From: Octopus sinensis
Lineage: Eukaryota
Assembly (NCBI RefSeq): GCF_006345805.1
Contig: NC_043012.1
Span: forward strand, 40,114,001 to 40,178,000
Length of the DNA: 64,000 nt
Direction: 5' to 3'
Within the stretch, counting starts at the first letter, position 1. The number at the start of each line of letters is the position of its first letter. Below are positions 11,968-23,807 of this stretch, piece by piece. The translations under genes and the position numbers were made by a program. The notes beneath the pieces are model-generated. The model was given only the letters and a program-made list of their open reading frames with translations, was not told where the DNA came from and did no database searches.

Positions 11968-12358
11968 TATATATATATATATATTATATATTATATATAT
12001 ATATATATAATGTTATGTTCTTATGTGTTATTTTGCTGTTGTGGTGGTTGTTGTTATTGTTGATGATGTTTTTTTTTTTGCTCTGTATTGTTTTGTTTTT
12101 GGTTTGTATTTTTTTTTCTGCAAATGTAATTTTTCCAACAATCAATCTCATCAGATGTTTTAGTTTGAAGGAGAAACAGACATGAAGGAAGAAGAATAAA
12201 TACAACTGACAGCAATACAGGCCATAAACATCATATATATATATTATATATTATATATGTATGTATGTATATGTATGTATGTATGTATGTGTATATACAC
12301 ACACAGAATATGTGTGATATGCCTACATAACATACATGTGCATACAGATATTGTGAAC

Positions 12359-12412
<54 letters not shown>

Positions 12413-12550
12413 TGTGTCTGTATTTTAATATCTGTGAATGTATATATATATATATACACATGTATTTATACATGGGTGTGTGTATGCATATGGATAAATG
12501 TTTGTGTTGTCTGTGTATATATATCTGTATGTGTTTAAATATATGCATAT
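11830..12550. repeat. (TA)n/(CA)n/(TATG)n microsatellite-rich tract
   Basis: Directly visible. Confidence 0.85.
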
Positions 12551-12954
12551 ATGTGTAGATTTTATGAATGCTATTTATACAATAGAACCGTTAAGGACAT
12601 AGACATTGGAATGTCAGACTTAGTGCCAAAGGTATTACAATCTATATTTCTCTCTCCATATTTTTTAATCATTCCCAAGGTAGCTATCATTACAGGGATT
12701 ATTTCTGTTTTCATTCCTTACATATGCTTTTCTTTCCTTCCTGATTCTTTGCGTGTGTGTGTGTGTGTGTGTGTGTGTTTATGTGAATATTTTCTCTATT
12801 TCTGTGAGTGGAACATTAGCATCAGAGGAAGTTGTTTACCTTAGATTTGGTGACATTTTTACTTCTTGGTTGTCCCTGACATCAATATGTGCACAATTGG
12901 TCTTCGTCTCCTATCACCACCACCACCACCATCCGTCACCTGTTTCAGTCAGCA

Positions 12955-12992
<38 letters not shown>

Positions 12993-13559
12993 GTTATTAT
13001 TATACACAAGGATATTTACATAATTCCAAGTATACCATAAATGATACCAACATCTATGTCAGTGTTTATGGACTATTGGAGAGAAAAATTGAAAATTTCT
13101 CACATAAAAGTGGTTGAAGAAGGAAAAAAAAGACAGGAAAAAAAGCAAAAGACCACAGAGAGCGAAAAAAAAAGCAGTAAAAATGGTGGTTGTGTTTCAG
13201 ACTTCGTTATTTACTAATCAGCTTGCAGAAAAACGGTAAAAAAAAAAAACTACTCAGATAATGGAATTTTTATTCCGAGTGGTTGTTTGTGTGTATGTTT
13301 GTTTTTGTTTTCAATTTACAGTTAAAAGACATTTTAATGCCTATATTTTTTGTTAGTGTTTTTGAGTGATTTTTTTTTGTTTCTTTGTTTTTTTTTGTTT
13401 TTTATGGAGGGGTGTCATTTGTTTTTGTTTTTTTTTTGTTTGTTTGTTTGTTTTTTGGTATGTTAGAATTATGTATGTTAGCAGGAAAGTTATTGTTGGT
13501 CTGATTATGTTGGTGTGTGTGTGTAATTGCTTGTGCATGCCTTAAATAGTCTGTGTGTT

Positions 13560-13890
13560 TGTATGAGATGCATATATAAGCGTATATAAGTATGAACATC
13601 TCTCTCTTTCTCTATATATTTATAAGCATTCATTTGGTAGTACATATATATATAGATAAATAGATAGATATATACACACATATTTGTGCATATATACATA
13701 CATATGTGTATGTAAGCATATATATATATACATGCGCGTATATATATACATGTGTATGGAAGCATACATATGTGTGTGTGTTTGTGTATACACATGTGTA
13801 TATATGAATATATATATGTGTGTGCTTATTCCATATGAATGCATGCATACATGTGTGTGTATGCGTACATATATAGAGTGATAGACAGAT
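13560..13890. repeat. TA/TG microsatellite-rich tract
   Basis: Directly visible. Confidence 0.8.
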
Positions 13891-14188
13891 AGACAGAAGA
13901 AAGGAGGGTATCCAGCTGTAGACCAATACAGAAAGAACTCCACCTAGATTGAGACAAAAGATTCAACACTCGGTGAAAACACCCAAGCTGCACATAAACC
14001 AGATTATAAACCAAATGCAACAAAGTAATAGAATGGATAAATACATTATAAAAACACTCACAAACAGACTCAAGCATGTATCACACCTAAGCTGAAACTA
14101 ACAGTTGGAATATATTAGAGAAAACCAGAATTAAAATTCTCATCAAAACCATAAAACATGAAATCCAAAGAACAGTCTTCAGATAACA

Positions 14189-14465
14189 GATGCTGTAATA
14201 TACAAATTTCAGTATAAAAATGGAAGTTATAAAACTTCATGGGTCAAACAGTTATATTGGTCACACTACAACAACACTTTCTTGGTGATTAACCATGCAT
14301 TTACAACAAGAAGTCATTATGGCCTATTGTATAACCGAACACAGAACAAAACTAAGTTGAAAATCCTTAGTTTATAACACTAACATCTTGTGTAAAATTC
14401 TACAAAATATTAGAAAATTAGCAATGGAAATTTTATTAATGATAAAATCTAAACCACAAGATTAA
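14189..14465 (+). mobile_element. Penelope-like element GIY-YIG endonuclease remnant
   Basis: DAVIYKFQ...(frameshift)SYIGHTTTTLSW*LTMHLQQ...NTNIL...KPQ; matches the PLE VVYxFxC / YIGxTTTTLSRRLTMH pattern. Confidence 0.7.
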
Positions 14466-15312
14466 CTGGCTACAGCGGATGTGGATTAAGCTATGAAAGT
14501 AACCAGGTATTTAACCATCAATAATTTTCCTGTGTGGAGATGAAGTTTTTATTAGTCACAACACCATTCCTATGATTCTAACTGTTTGTTGGTATAAACG
14601 TGATGATAGAAACACCCCTTTCATCCATCCCTTCAGTTTGGCGATGAAGGTGAAACAGTGATAGACCTAGGATCCTTATAGTCCCTTAGAAAATTAAGAA
14701 GGACCGATAAGGAAATCTGGAAAATGTTTAATGAAAAAAGATTAAAATCAAATACAGTCAGGATTTCAATATATTTAGATGAGTTGCAGCAGCAATGGCA
14801 GCAGGAGTACTCTTGAGTATTCAATGCAGCACAGAGAGAATTCTGAAATGCTGATTGAAGAAACTGTTCATCATCATCATAATCATCATTATCACCTCCA
14901 TCATCATCATCATACTCATCATCAACAACAACAATGAATATCTAATTATCATGATGCAATGCTGTAGCTTCATTAATAGCAACTCAGAAACTGAAATTGA
15001 AAAGAAGCATGGCCAAGCTGCAGCTACCTTCCAGCACCTTAATCCTGTTTGGAGTTCCATGAGCCAAGGTGCTAGGTATGCTCTTCCTCCATACATCCAC
15101 ATCCTGCTGACAGCACCTTTTGTCTGTGAGTTTATCAGACTCTATAGAACTATCAGATTCAACTGAAAAAGACTGTCAGACTCTATAGAACTCCAGATAT
15201 CTTCCACAGACGTTGCTTTTGGATGACATTAAGAATGTCTTGATGCAACCAGATCAAAGATGAAGATGTCATGGAAAAGAGTCTGGCTAAGCTGACAGCA
15301 GATACATGGAAA

Positions 15313-15542
15313 TCTTTATATATAAAAGTGAGGTTGTGTGCTGTCTGTCTCCTACGATTTAGATTCCTAACTACTCCCACATTTTGCGGTGCAGTTTAAC
15401 CAAAACCGGGTATCTTATAGTTGTGATTCATATCGAGCCCTTCTGGGTATTAGCGTGTGTCTACGATGAGTCTACAATTTTAAAAAAAATTTACCATCAA
15501 TTTTTCCCATTTTTAATGCATTTTTGGCATATATAAGGGAAG
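15313..15542 (+). mobile_element. Non-autonomous Helitron, 5' half
   Basis: A|TCTTTATATATAAAAGTGAGG start; near-identical (reverse) to 47930-48161; 3' end missing. Confidence 0.8.
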
Positions 15543-15764
15543 ATTTATGGTGAGGAACCTGATAGATATGGCCCTGCCCTAGAAGGAGATTCATGACAGG
15601 GTTAACAACCATATCTGCAGACAGGGAAGATCCCTCATTGTGTAATGCTCCCTGGGAGCTGCAGAAATTAGGCTGATTAAGGATTCTCAATGCATTTTGT
15701 TATGGAGAAAAATTTTAACCACCCACTATATACATTTATATATATAGATATATGTATGTATATA

Positions 15765-16150
15765 CTTGTTTACTTGTTCCTTTCGTTTGACTGTGACCAT
15801 GCTGGAGCACTGCCTTTAGTTGAACAAATCTACCCCAGGACCTATTCCTTCTAAGTCTAATACTTATTCTATCAGTCTCTTTTGGCTAACTGCTAAGTCA
15901 CAGGGACGTAAACACACCAACATCAGTTGTCAAGTGATGGTGGGGGGGGGGGACAAGCACAGACACATACAAATATATATATATATACGACAGGCTTCTT
16001 TCAGTTTCCATCTACCAAATCCACTCACAAGGCTTTGGTCAGCCCAAGTCTATAGTGGCAGACACTTGCCCAAGGTGTCACACAGTGGGATTGAATCCAG
16101 AACCATGTGGTTGGGAAGCAAGCTTCTTACCACACAGCCACGCTGTGCCT
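15765..16150 (-). mobile_element. Family A SINE
   Basis: Full head, core, microsatellite and tail in reverse orientation. Confidence 0.9.
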
Positions 16151-16619
16151 GTGTATATGTATTTCACTTAGGTATTGTGATACATCTGTTTTTATCTTTT
16201 TGTCAAAGGATAAATTATTTTTCTACCGATTCTTCCTTTTACTGTCTTTTTACATCTTTCCACAGGAATTCCTCATATTCCACTACTTATGCTCATTATT
16301 TTACTCTAATTCTGGGAGGGCCACCTTCCACTCAATCTACTGAATTTCAATTCCTACATGTGTGTATGCTTTTTCCTTTGTAATGCTTTTCTGTGTAGAT
16401 ACAGGAATGTAAATGCTTTTCCCAAATAAACCGTAACTTCATGTTTGAAGCATCAATAAATCTCTAGGGTGATACTCAACTATCCAACTATGGGTGCAGT
16501 GCATCCTACAGCAGAAACAGTTGTTAGCAAACGAAGCTCATGACATAAGTGTTTATTCCTTTGTCATTCCAATTTCTTATATATGTATTTATATATATAT
16601 ATATATATTTACATATATG

Positions 16620-16665
<46 letters not shown>

Positions 16666-17202
16666 TGGGTGAGTCAAAAAGTATTGCCATTTTGTGTAGG
16701 TCAGGTACAATTACCAACACAGCAACATGTATCATACATCAAAATGAAGCTGGTCCTCTGTGGATCACATCCCTACTTCTCAACATAGTCACCATTTTTA
16801 TCAATAGCAATGTTCCACCTTCGAATGAGAGCATGTATCCCTGCCCTGTAAAATTCTGTTGACTGTTCTTTGAGCCACTTCTTTACTACAGTTTTCACTT
16901 CCTGGAATACTGTTTGCTTCTCAAACCCTCTTTCATGGGGCCGAAGAGATGATAGTCTGACAAGGAAATGAAAACTGTAGTAAAGATGTGGCTCAAAGAA
17001 CAGTCAACAGAATTTTACGGGGCAGGGATACATGCTCTCATTCGAATGTGGAACATTCCTATTTAGAGAAACAGGGACTATGTTGAGAAGTAGGGATGTG
17101 ATCCACAGAGGACCAGCTTCATTTTGATGTATGATACATGTTCCTGTGTTGGTAATTGTACCTGACCTACACAAAATGGCAATACTTTTTGACTCATGCT
17201 CG
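16666..17202. mobile_element. Fold-back mariner derivative made of two inverted 3' ends
   Basis: Arms 16666-16902 and 16964-17202 are reverse complements and TA-flanked. The minus strand reads SDYHLFGPMKEGLR..EVKTVVKKWLKEQSTEFYRAGIHALIRRWNIAIDKNGDYVEK*. Confidence 0.9.
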
Positions 17203-17344
17203 TATATACATGTGTATGTATAAATGAGTGAAAAGTTGAAAACAGTAGAAAGGCCTTCACAAAAACTTCCTTCCCTCATTCCTTTGTAAATTTATTTTTT
17301 ATAAAAGATTGTTTTATGAGTGATGACTTTTGATTAATCTTTTG

Positions 17345-17910
17345 TCTTTTCCTTGTTTCAATCATTAGTCTGTGGTCGTGATGGGGCACTACTTTGAAAA
17401 ATTCTAGTTGAACATATCAACCCTAGTACTTTTGTGAGCCTGTTACTTATTCTATCAGTGTTTTGACCAAACCGCTAAGTCACAGCACTGGTGAGACACA
17501 CACACACACAAAATGACCATTCCTAAATACAATAATATATATATATTGCCAGCTTCCCCTGGCACCTGTGCCGGTGGCATGTAAAAAGCACCCACTACAC
17601 TCACAGAGTGGTTGGCATTAGGAAGGGCATCCAGTTGTAGAAACACTGCCAGATCAGACTGGAGCCTGGTGCAGCCTTCTGGCTTCCAAGACCCCGCTCA
17701 AACCGTCCAACCCATGCTAGCATGGAAAACGGACGTTAAACGATGATGATGATGATACACACACACGACAGGCTTCTTTAAGTTTCCATCTACCAGATCC
17801 ACTCACAAGCAATTGGTCGGCCTGATGCTATAGTGGAAGACACTTGCCCAGGCGACATGCAGGAACCGTGTACTTGGGAAGCAAACTTCTTACCACACAG
17901 CCTATACCAT
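17345..17910 (-). mobile_element. Family A SINE interrupted by a family C insertion
   Basis: Tail half 17345-17505 and head half 17765-17910, separated by family C within the internal microsatellite. Confidence 0.75.
17548..17755 (+). mobile_element. Family C retroposon 3' module
   Basis: V-like box plus CGTTAAACGATGATGAT tail. Confidence 0.85.
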
Positions 17911-18289
17911 ACCATGCCGTGTGTATCACAGAGAGTGTGTGTGTGTGAGAGCAGGAGTGAGTGTGTGTGAACTTTAAATGGAAAAAGAGTTGTAGACATC
18001 GAAACTCATCAACAATTTGTTGAAAGGGAAGTTCACCATTAACAGACCACAAACCATTGCTTTAAAACCACCACCCTTGGCTCTGGCTCTCTGACAATAA
18101 TATATACACTCATCTACACACTATGTTCTTCCCGCAGCAGGTGCTGTCGCCTGTTTACAGACTACCAGAGCACAACATGTTCTCCGGCATACATCGGCCA
18201 ACGCTTTTAATACCTGCATCTTTATCAACTCAATGGTGCTCAGTCTGTCATGCAAGCTAATGTTGCACATCCAAAATGTTGCTAGATAG

Positions 18290-18375
18290 ATTAGATAGTT
18301 AGATAGATAGATAGGTAGATAGATAGATAGATAGATAGATAAGATAGATAGATAAGATAGATAAGATAGATAGAT

Positions 18376-18410
<35 letters not shown>

Positions 18411-18860
18411 GATAGATAGATAGATAAGATAGATAGAGATAGATAGACAGACAGACAGACAGACATACCTTTATATATAGGGTTGGGTATACATGGAGTG
18501 TATACGTGCGTATAGATGGGTGTCCATATATGCATACGGATGTGCGTTAATATATATATAATGAAGTATACAGTTGTGCAGGGATAATGCTATATACATG
18601 ATACAAATGTAGCAAACAGGCATTTACATATGTGTGTGTGTGTGACTGTATATACACACACATAGGTATATTCATATATATATATATATTTTTAATTTTA
18701 ATGAGTTGTTTATTGTTGGTGGGAATATACACAACACATACACACAACACATACACACACACAAATATACATGTATATTGATGAGTGTGTGTGTGTATAT
18801 ATATGTATATATATGTATATATATGTATGTATGTATGTTTGTATGTATGTATGTATGTAT
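18290..18860. repeat. (GATA)n, (TA)n and (CA)n microsatellites
   Basis: Directly visible. Confidence 0.85.
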
Positions 18861-18984
18861 ATGTATAAATTTAAAGTCCCCAACACAGCCAAGTAAATTA
18901 TTCTTAACATTTTAATTTGATGAGAATGTTTAGAATAAAGCATGTGAAATAATTGAAATAAATTGTGTGTGTGTGTGTGTGTAC

Positions 18985-19350
18985 ACATGGATATGTGGTT
19001 AAGAAGCTCTCTTTGCCACTGCGTGTTTTGGGGTTCAGTCCCACTGCACAGCACCTTGGGTGTGTGACTTTCTCTATAACGCTGAGCAACAAGTTCTTTT
19101 GAGTTAATTTAATAGTTAAAAACTGTGTGGAAGCCCTTTCTCTGTATATGTGTGTGTGTTTGCCTCTTGCCCCCTCTTGTTATTTTGTTTGCATCCCCAT
19201 AACATAACTGTGAGTCAAAAGGGGATGCTAGAATAAGTACAATACTTAAGAGAATAAGTCCTTGGGTCACTTTGTTCAGCTAAACCCTTCAATGCAGTAC
19301 CCCTCCGTGGTCATAGTCCAAGGACTGAAACAAATAAACAATAAAAAGAG
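18985..19350 (+). mobile_element. Family A SINE, diverged
   Basis: GTGGTTAAGAAGCT head, GGGTTCAGTCCCACTG, CAGCACCTTGGG core, GACTGAAAC tail. Confidence 0.7.
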
Positions 19351-19386
<36 letters not shown>

Positions 19387-19389
<3 letters not shown>

Positions 19390-19778
19390 TTTTATTCTTG
19401 TTTCAGTCATTTGACTGTGGCCATGCTGTAGCACAGCCTTTAGTCCAACTAATCAATGCTAGGACTTATTCTTTGTGAGCCTAGTACTTATTCTATTGGT
19501 ATATTTTGCCGAACTGCTAAGTTACAGGGACGTAAACACACCAACATTGGTTGTCAAGCGATGGTGGGGGGACAAACACAGATGCACAAACATATATATA
19601 TATATATATATATATGACAGGCTTCTTTTAGTTTCTGTCTATCAAAATCCACTCACAAGGCTTTAGTCGGCCTGAGGCTATAGTAGAAGCCACTCACCCA
19701 AGGTGCCATGCAGTGGGACTGAACCCGGAACCATGTGGTTGGTAAGCAGGCTACTTACCACACAGCCACTCCTGCATC
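19387..19778 (-). mobile_element. Family A SINE, tandem copy 1
   Basis: Full-length; matches 19812-20199 except for the internal (TA)n length. Confidence 0.9.
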
Positions 19779-19781
19779 TAT

Positions 19782-19811
<30 letters not shown>

Positions 19812-19812
<1 letters not shown>

Positions 19813-20199
19813 TCTTTTATTCTTGTTTCAGTCATTTGACTGTGGCCATGCTGTAGCACAGCCTTTAGTCCAACTAATCAATGCTAGGACTTATTCTTTG
19901 TGAGCCTAGTACTTATTCTATTGGTATATTTTGCCGAACTGCTAAGTTACAGGGACGTAAACACACCAACATTGGTTGTCAAGCGATGGTGGGGGGACAA
20001 ACACAGATGCACAAACATATATATATATATATATATGACAGGCTTCTTTTAGTTTCTGTCTATCAAAATCCACTCACAAGGCTTTAGTCGGCCTGAGGCT
20101 ATAGTAGAAGCCACTCACCCAAGGTGCCATGCAGTGGGACTGAACCCGGAACCATGTGGTTGGTAAGCAGGCTACTTACCACACAGCCACTCCTGCATC
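19812..20199 (-). mobile_element. Family A SINE, tandem copy 2
   Basis: Shares the private variants of copy 1 (CTGTAGCACAGCC, GCCACTCACCCAAGG). Confidence 0.9.
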
Positions 20200-20396
20200 T
20201 ATATATATATATATATATATCAATCATTAAGGTCCCTTAACTGATGCAAACTTATTGGAGAGACCCCACTCTCTCCAAGTTGTCACCACTGATCTCTGGT
20301 CTCTGTCGTGTGTAGCAGGTTCACTGTTCTCTGACTTGTGCAACCCTGGGTGTTGTCATTCTAGGACAACATCAACGAATAGACATATATATATAA

Positions 20397-20515
20397 TCAT
20401 CATCATCATCATCGTTTAACATCCGCTTTCCATGCTGGCATGTGTTGGACGGTTTGAGGACTGGTAAGCCAGGAGACTGCACCAGGTTCCAATCCGATCT
20501 GGCAATGTTTCTATA
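20397..20515 (-). mobile_element. Family C retroposon 3' tail
   Basis: (CAT)nCGTTTAACATCCGCTTTCCATGCTGGCA. Confidence 0.8.
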
Positions 20516-20529
20516 TCAGCTAATGTGCC

Positions 20530-20730
20530 CTTCTTTTATTTATGAGGGTGTGATTTAAAGAAAATTTGGCTGCAGTCTCTAACAGCTTGAATGACCATAT
20601 GAGGTTTCAATGCAGCTGTTGTTGTTGTTTCTGTTTCAGCCAGTTCATCTCCAAACCTATGATCAAAGTTAATCCAGCCATGACGATCCAATAGCTTTAG
20701 CAGTGTCTAAGACTTTATTATTTAATGTAA
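20530..20730 (-). mobile_element. Family E SINE-like repeat
   Basis: Reverse-complement homology to 11145-11350, including a (CAA)n tail. Confidence 0.5.
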
Positions 20731-20809
20731 CCATTCCCAACCAAAGGCCTTGCAAACCCCTGGAAGGCTGTGAGTTGTGGTCAAGATTTTAAAAGCTTAC
20801 AGCCTAAAA

Positions 20810-21425
20810 TACATAATTAATTAATCACATGTAATCACTCAATTACTTAAAATTACTTCATTATGTATAATTACTCAGTTGTAATTATCTAGTAATTGTA
20901 ATGCATTTGCAATCATGTTCACAAGGCACAGCTAAACATGCTACCATTCGTTCTGGGGTGCACAACCTGCTACTCCCTTCTCCACCCATCTTCTGCTGCT
21001 TAATCCCCCCAGCCTACCCTAGTTTTTATCCCTTGTAAGATAGTTACAGGGGTGTTTTTTTCTCAATAATTTAATCTTCCATACTTTTAATGTTTTTTCC
21101 TTCTTTTCTTCTTGAAAAATATGTTAATAAAATATAATTCTAATGCTGAAAACAAGAATTCTTTTCATAAAATTTCCCAATTACTAGTAATTATTCAGCC
21201 ATATATAATTACTCAGTTATATGTTATTACTCAGCTGTCTATAATTACTCACTTTACATACAAATGCTCTGTTATATATAATTTCTCAGTCACAACTAAT
21301 TCCACACTTATATGTAATCGCTCAATGGCTCATAATTACTTAGTTACATTATAATTGCTCAGATTCATTATAATTACTCAGTTACATTGTAATTACTCTG
21401 TTACAGTATAATTACTCAGTTATGT
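20810..21425. repeat. Degenerate ~19-bp minisatellite (TAATTACTCAGTTACATTA-like)
   Basis: ATAATTACTCAGTT recurs at 20865-20880 and many times in 21185-21420. Confidence 0.6.
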
Positions 21426-21426
21426 A

Positions 21427-22342
21427 TGAGGTGCATTCAAAAAGCATCAGACTTTATTTTTTCCCCACCAAAACTAATGCCACATGGGAAGAATTCTTTT
21501 GATGGGAGATGAGACAATCCTTTCTGCATATGCACGAATATTTTCATGCTGGTTGGCCATGTCAGTTCCCTGTTGTTACACCAAGAGTACAGATCAGTTG
21601 TGAACACTCGTCAGATTTTCATTTTCACCAAACACATTGAGCGGAGGTTTGGCTTCAAGTTTTGTCAAAAATTTGGTGAGACTCAAGCTAAAACCATCCA
21701 GAAAATTCAGCAAGCCTTTGACAATGATTTCATGGGCAAAATTCAGATCAAGGAGTGGCACAACTGCTTCAAACATGGTTACACTTCAGTGAAGAGTGAG
21801 GCATGCTCAGGCAGCAATTCAAAAGATGAAACGAGGAACCAATTGAGAAAGTTTGGTGATTAGTCATGGAAGACCATTGTGTATTAATGCAGGAAATTGC
21901 TCATGAAGCAGGAATAGGCACAGAATTGGTGTATTCTATTTAATGGAGGGTTTGTGCATGTGGAGAGTGTTGGTAAAATTTGTCTCCAAGGTGTTGGCAG
22001 AACAGCAGAAACAACTCCACACGGAAATCACTGAGGACATGTTGGACTGTGGAAGCCATGACCCAACCATCACGAAGATCATCATCACTGGTGATGTGAC
22101 ACGAGTCTCTGGTCTCTGGTCAATGTGGTCAGTCATCTTGCATGAAAACAAAATTCTGACGAGTGCACAATACACGTCTCTACTCCAGGCATAATTGCCA
22201 GGAACTGACGTGGCCAACTCGTACAAAAGTTTTCACACATGTGCAGGAAGGATGGCATCATCTCCCACCCAAAGGATTTTTCCCATGCAGCATTAGTTTT
22301 GGTGGGAAAAAATAAAGTCTGATACTTTTCAAACACACCTCA
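21427..22342 (+). mobile_element. mariner derivative with an inverted duplicate of its 5' end
   Basis: HIERRFGFKFCQKFGETQAKTIQKIQQAF...RVLVKFVSKVLAEQQKQL..IIITGDVTRV, then 22113-22342 is the reverse complement of 21427-21646; TA at the left end. Confidence 0.9.
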
Positions 22343-22492
22343 TTATACCTTTCTACTGAAAGATGAAACTAAAGAAATGTGACCATCATTTATTAAAGAA
22401 TTAGTTTCAAAAGAGTAGCCAAACTTTTCTGAAACCCTAAACTCTGCAGGGAAAATTCATTTAGATAAATGTCATCCACCCTTTTATTCACC

Positions 22493-22930
22493 TTTTACTT
22501 ATTACAGTCATTAGACTGCGACCATGCTGGGGCACTGGCTTGAAAGACTTTTAGTCAAATAAATTGACCCCAGGACTTAGTTTTTTGAGGTTTTTTTCTT
22601 AAGCCAAGTACTTATCTTATCAATCTCTTTTGCTGGACTGCTAAGTTATGGGGACATAAACACACCAGCATCAGTTATCAAGCAGTGGAGGGGGGAAACA
22701 CAAACACAGATACAAAGACACACACATAAATATATATATAGATATATAGATATATATATGTATGTATATATATTTGACAAGCTTCATTCAGTTTCCATCT
22801 ACCAAATCCACTCATAAGGTTTTGGTCAGCCTGAGGTTATAGGGGAAGATACTAGCCCAAGGTGTCACATAGTGGGATTGAACACAGAACCATGTGGTTG
22901 GGAAGCAAGCTTCTTACAACACTGCCACAC
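22493..22930 (-). mobile_element. Family A SINE
   Basis: Tail, internal microsatellite and head in reverse orientation. Confidence 0.85.
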
Positions 22931-22942
22931 ATATAGTGAGAT

Positions 22943-23056
22943 GCTTACAACACCTAGGTTTCCCAAGTGGCCACCCCTCTAAGTACTAACTAGGCACGAC
23001 ATTGCTTAACTTCAATGGTCAGGCAAGAACCAGTGTATTTTCGATCCATGGTAATG
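22943..23056 (-). pseudogene. 5S rRNA pseudogene or 5S-derived retrocopy
   Basis: Minus strand CATTACCATG..GAAAATACACTGGTTCTTGCCTGACCATTGAAGTTAAGCAATGTCGTGCCTAGTTAGTACTTAGAGGGGTGGCCACTTGGGAAACCTAGGTGTTGTAAGC is colinear with eukaryotic 5S rRNA (GAAGTTAAGC, TAGTACTT, TGGGAA), with many substitutions. Confidence 0.85.
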
Positions 23057-23634
23057 AAAAGGTTGGAAACTAATGACGTCAGGTGTCCCTTACTTAGGGA
23101 GTATGCAAGCTACTATTTCTAGCAGGCTGGTTGTGTTACCACATAGAGGAACAGTTCTTAATTCACTTTCTACAGATTGAAGGATTCTGTATAGATTACA
23201 GATACAACACCACCAACAACAACAACAGTAGAGCAGCAGGAAATATACTTTAGGGGTAAGTGTTCCCTAAATACACATCTGTGTCCACTCCCTACATTAT
23301 ATCTGTGAGACCCCAGCATATGCAGAGGGGACGCACTTGGCGAAGATTAATAGAAATCTTTAGAAGCAAAACCAAGCAGAAAATAAGAAAATTGAGAAAT
23401 TTCCTGCCGAAACAATATTTTCTGTTTTGTGTTTGAAAAGAAAATTTTGGTAGAAGGAGTTCCATGGAGATGAATTCCTCCAAATGAAGAATTGGTTGAG
23501 GAGAGAATGTTAAGAACTGGCTGGGTATGTGGGGTGGGGATGTAAAGTACAATCTATAGATATACTAATTATTGTGTTCTCATTATAAATGGAATGTTTG
23601 GATAAATTAGTCAATGGTTGATTGCTTCATGAAA

Positions 23635-23754
23635 TTGTGTGTGTGTGTATATATGTGTGTGTGTGTGTATGCATGTGTGTGTATTTATACATATATATAT
23701 TTTTTATGTATATATACATATATGTGTGTATATATATTTGTATATGTGAGTGTA

Positions 23755-23807
<53 letters not shown>

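Noticed and set aside
15820-16383. 187-aa ORF and similar SINE-overlapping ORFs (e.g. 38442-38756, 51740-52201)
   Set aside because: Antisense readings of family A SINE copies, recurring wherever the SINE occurs.
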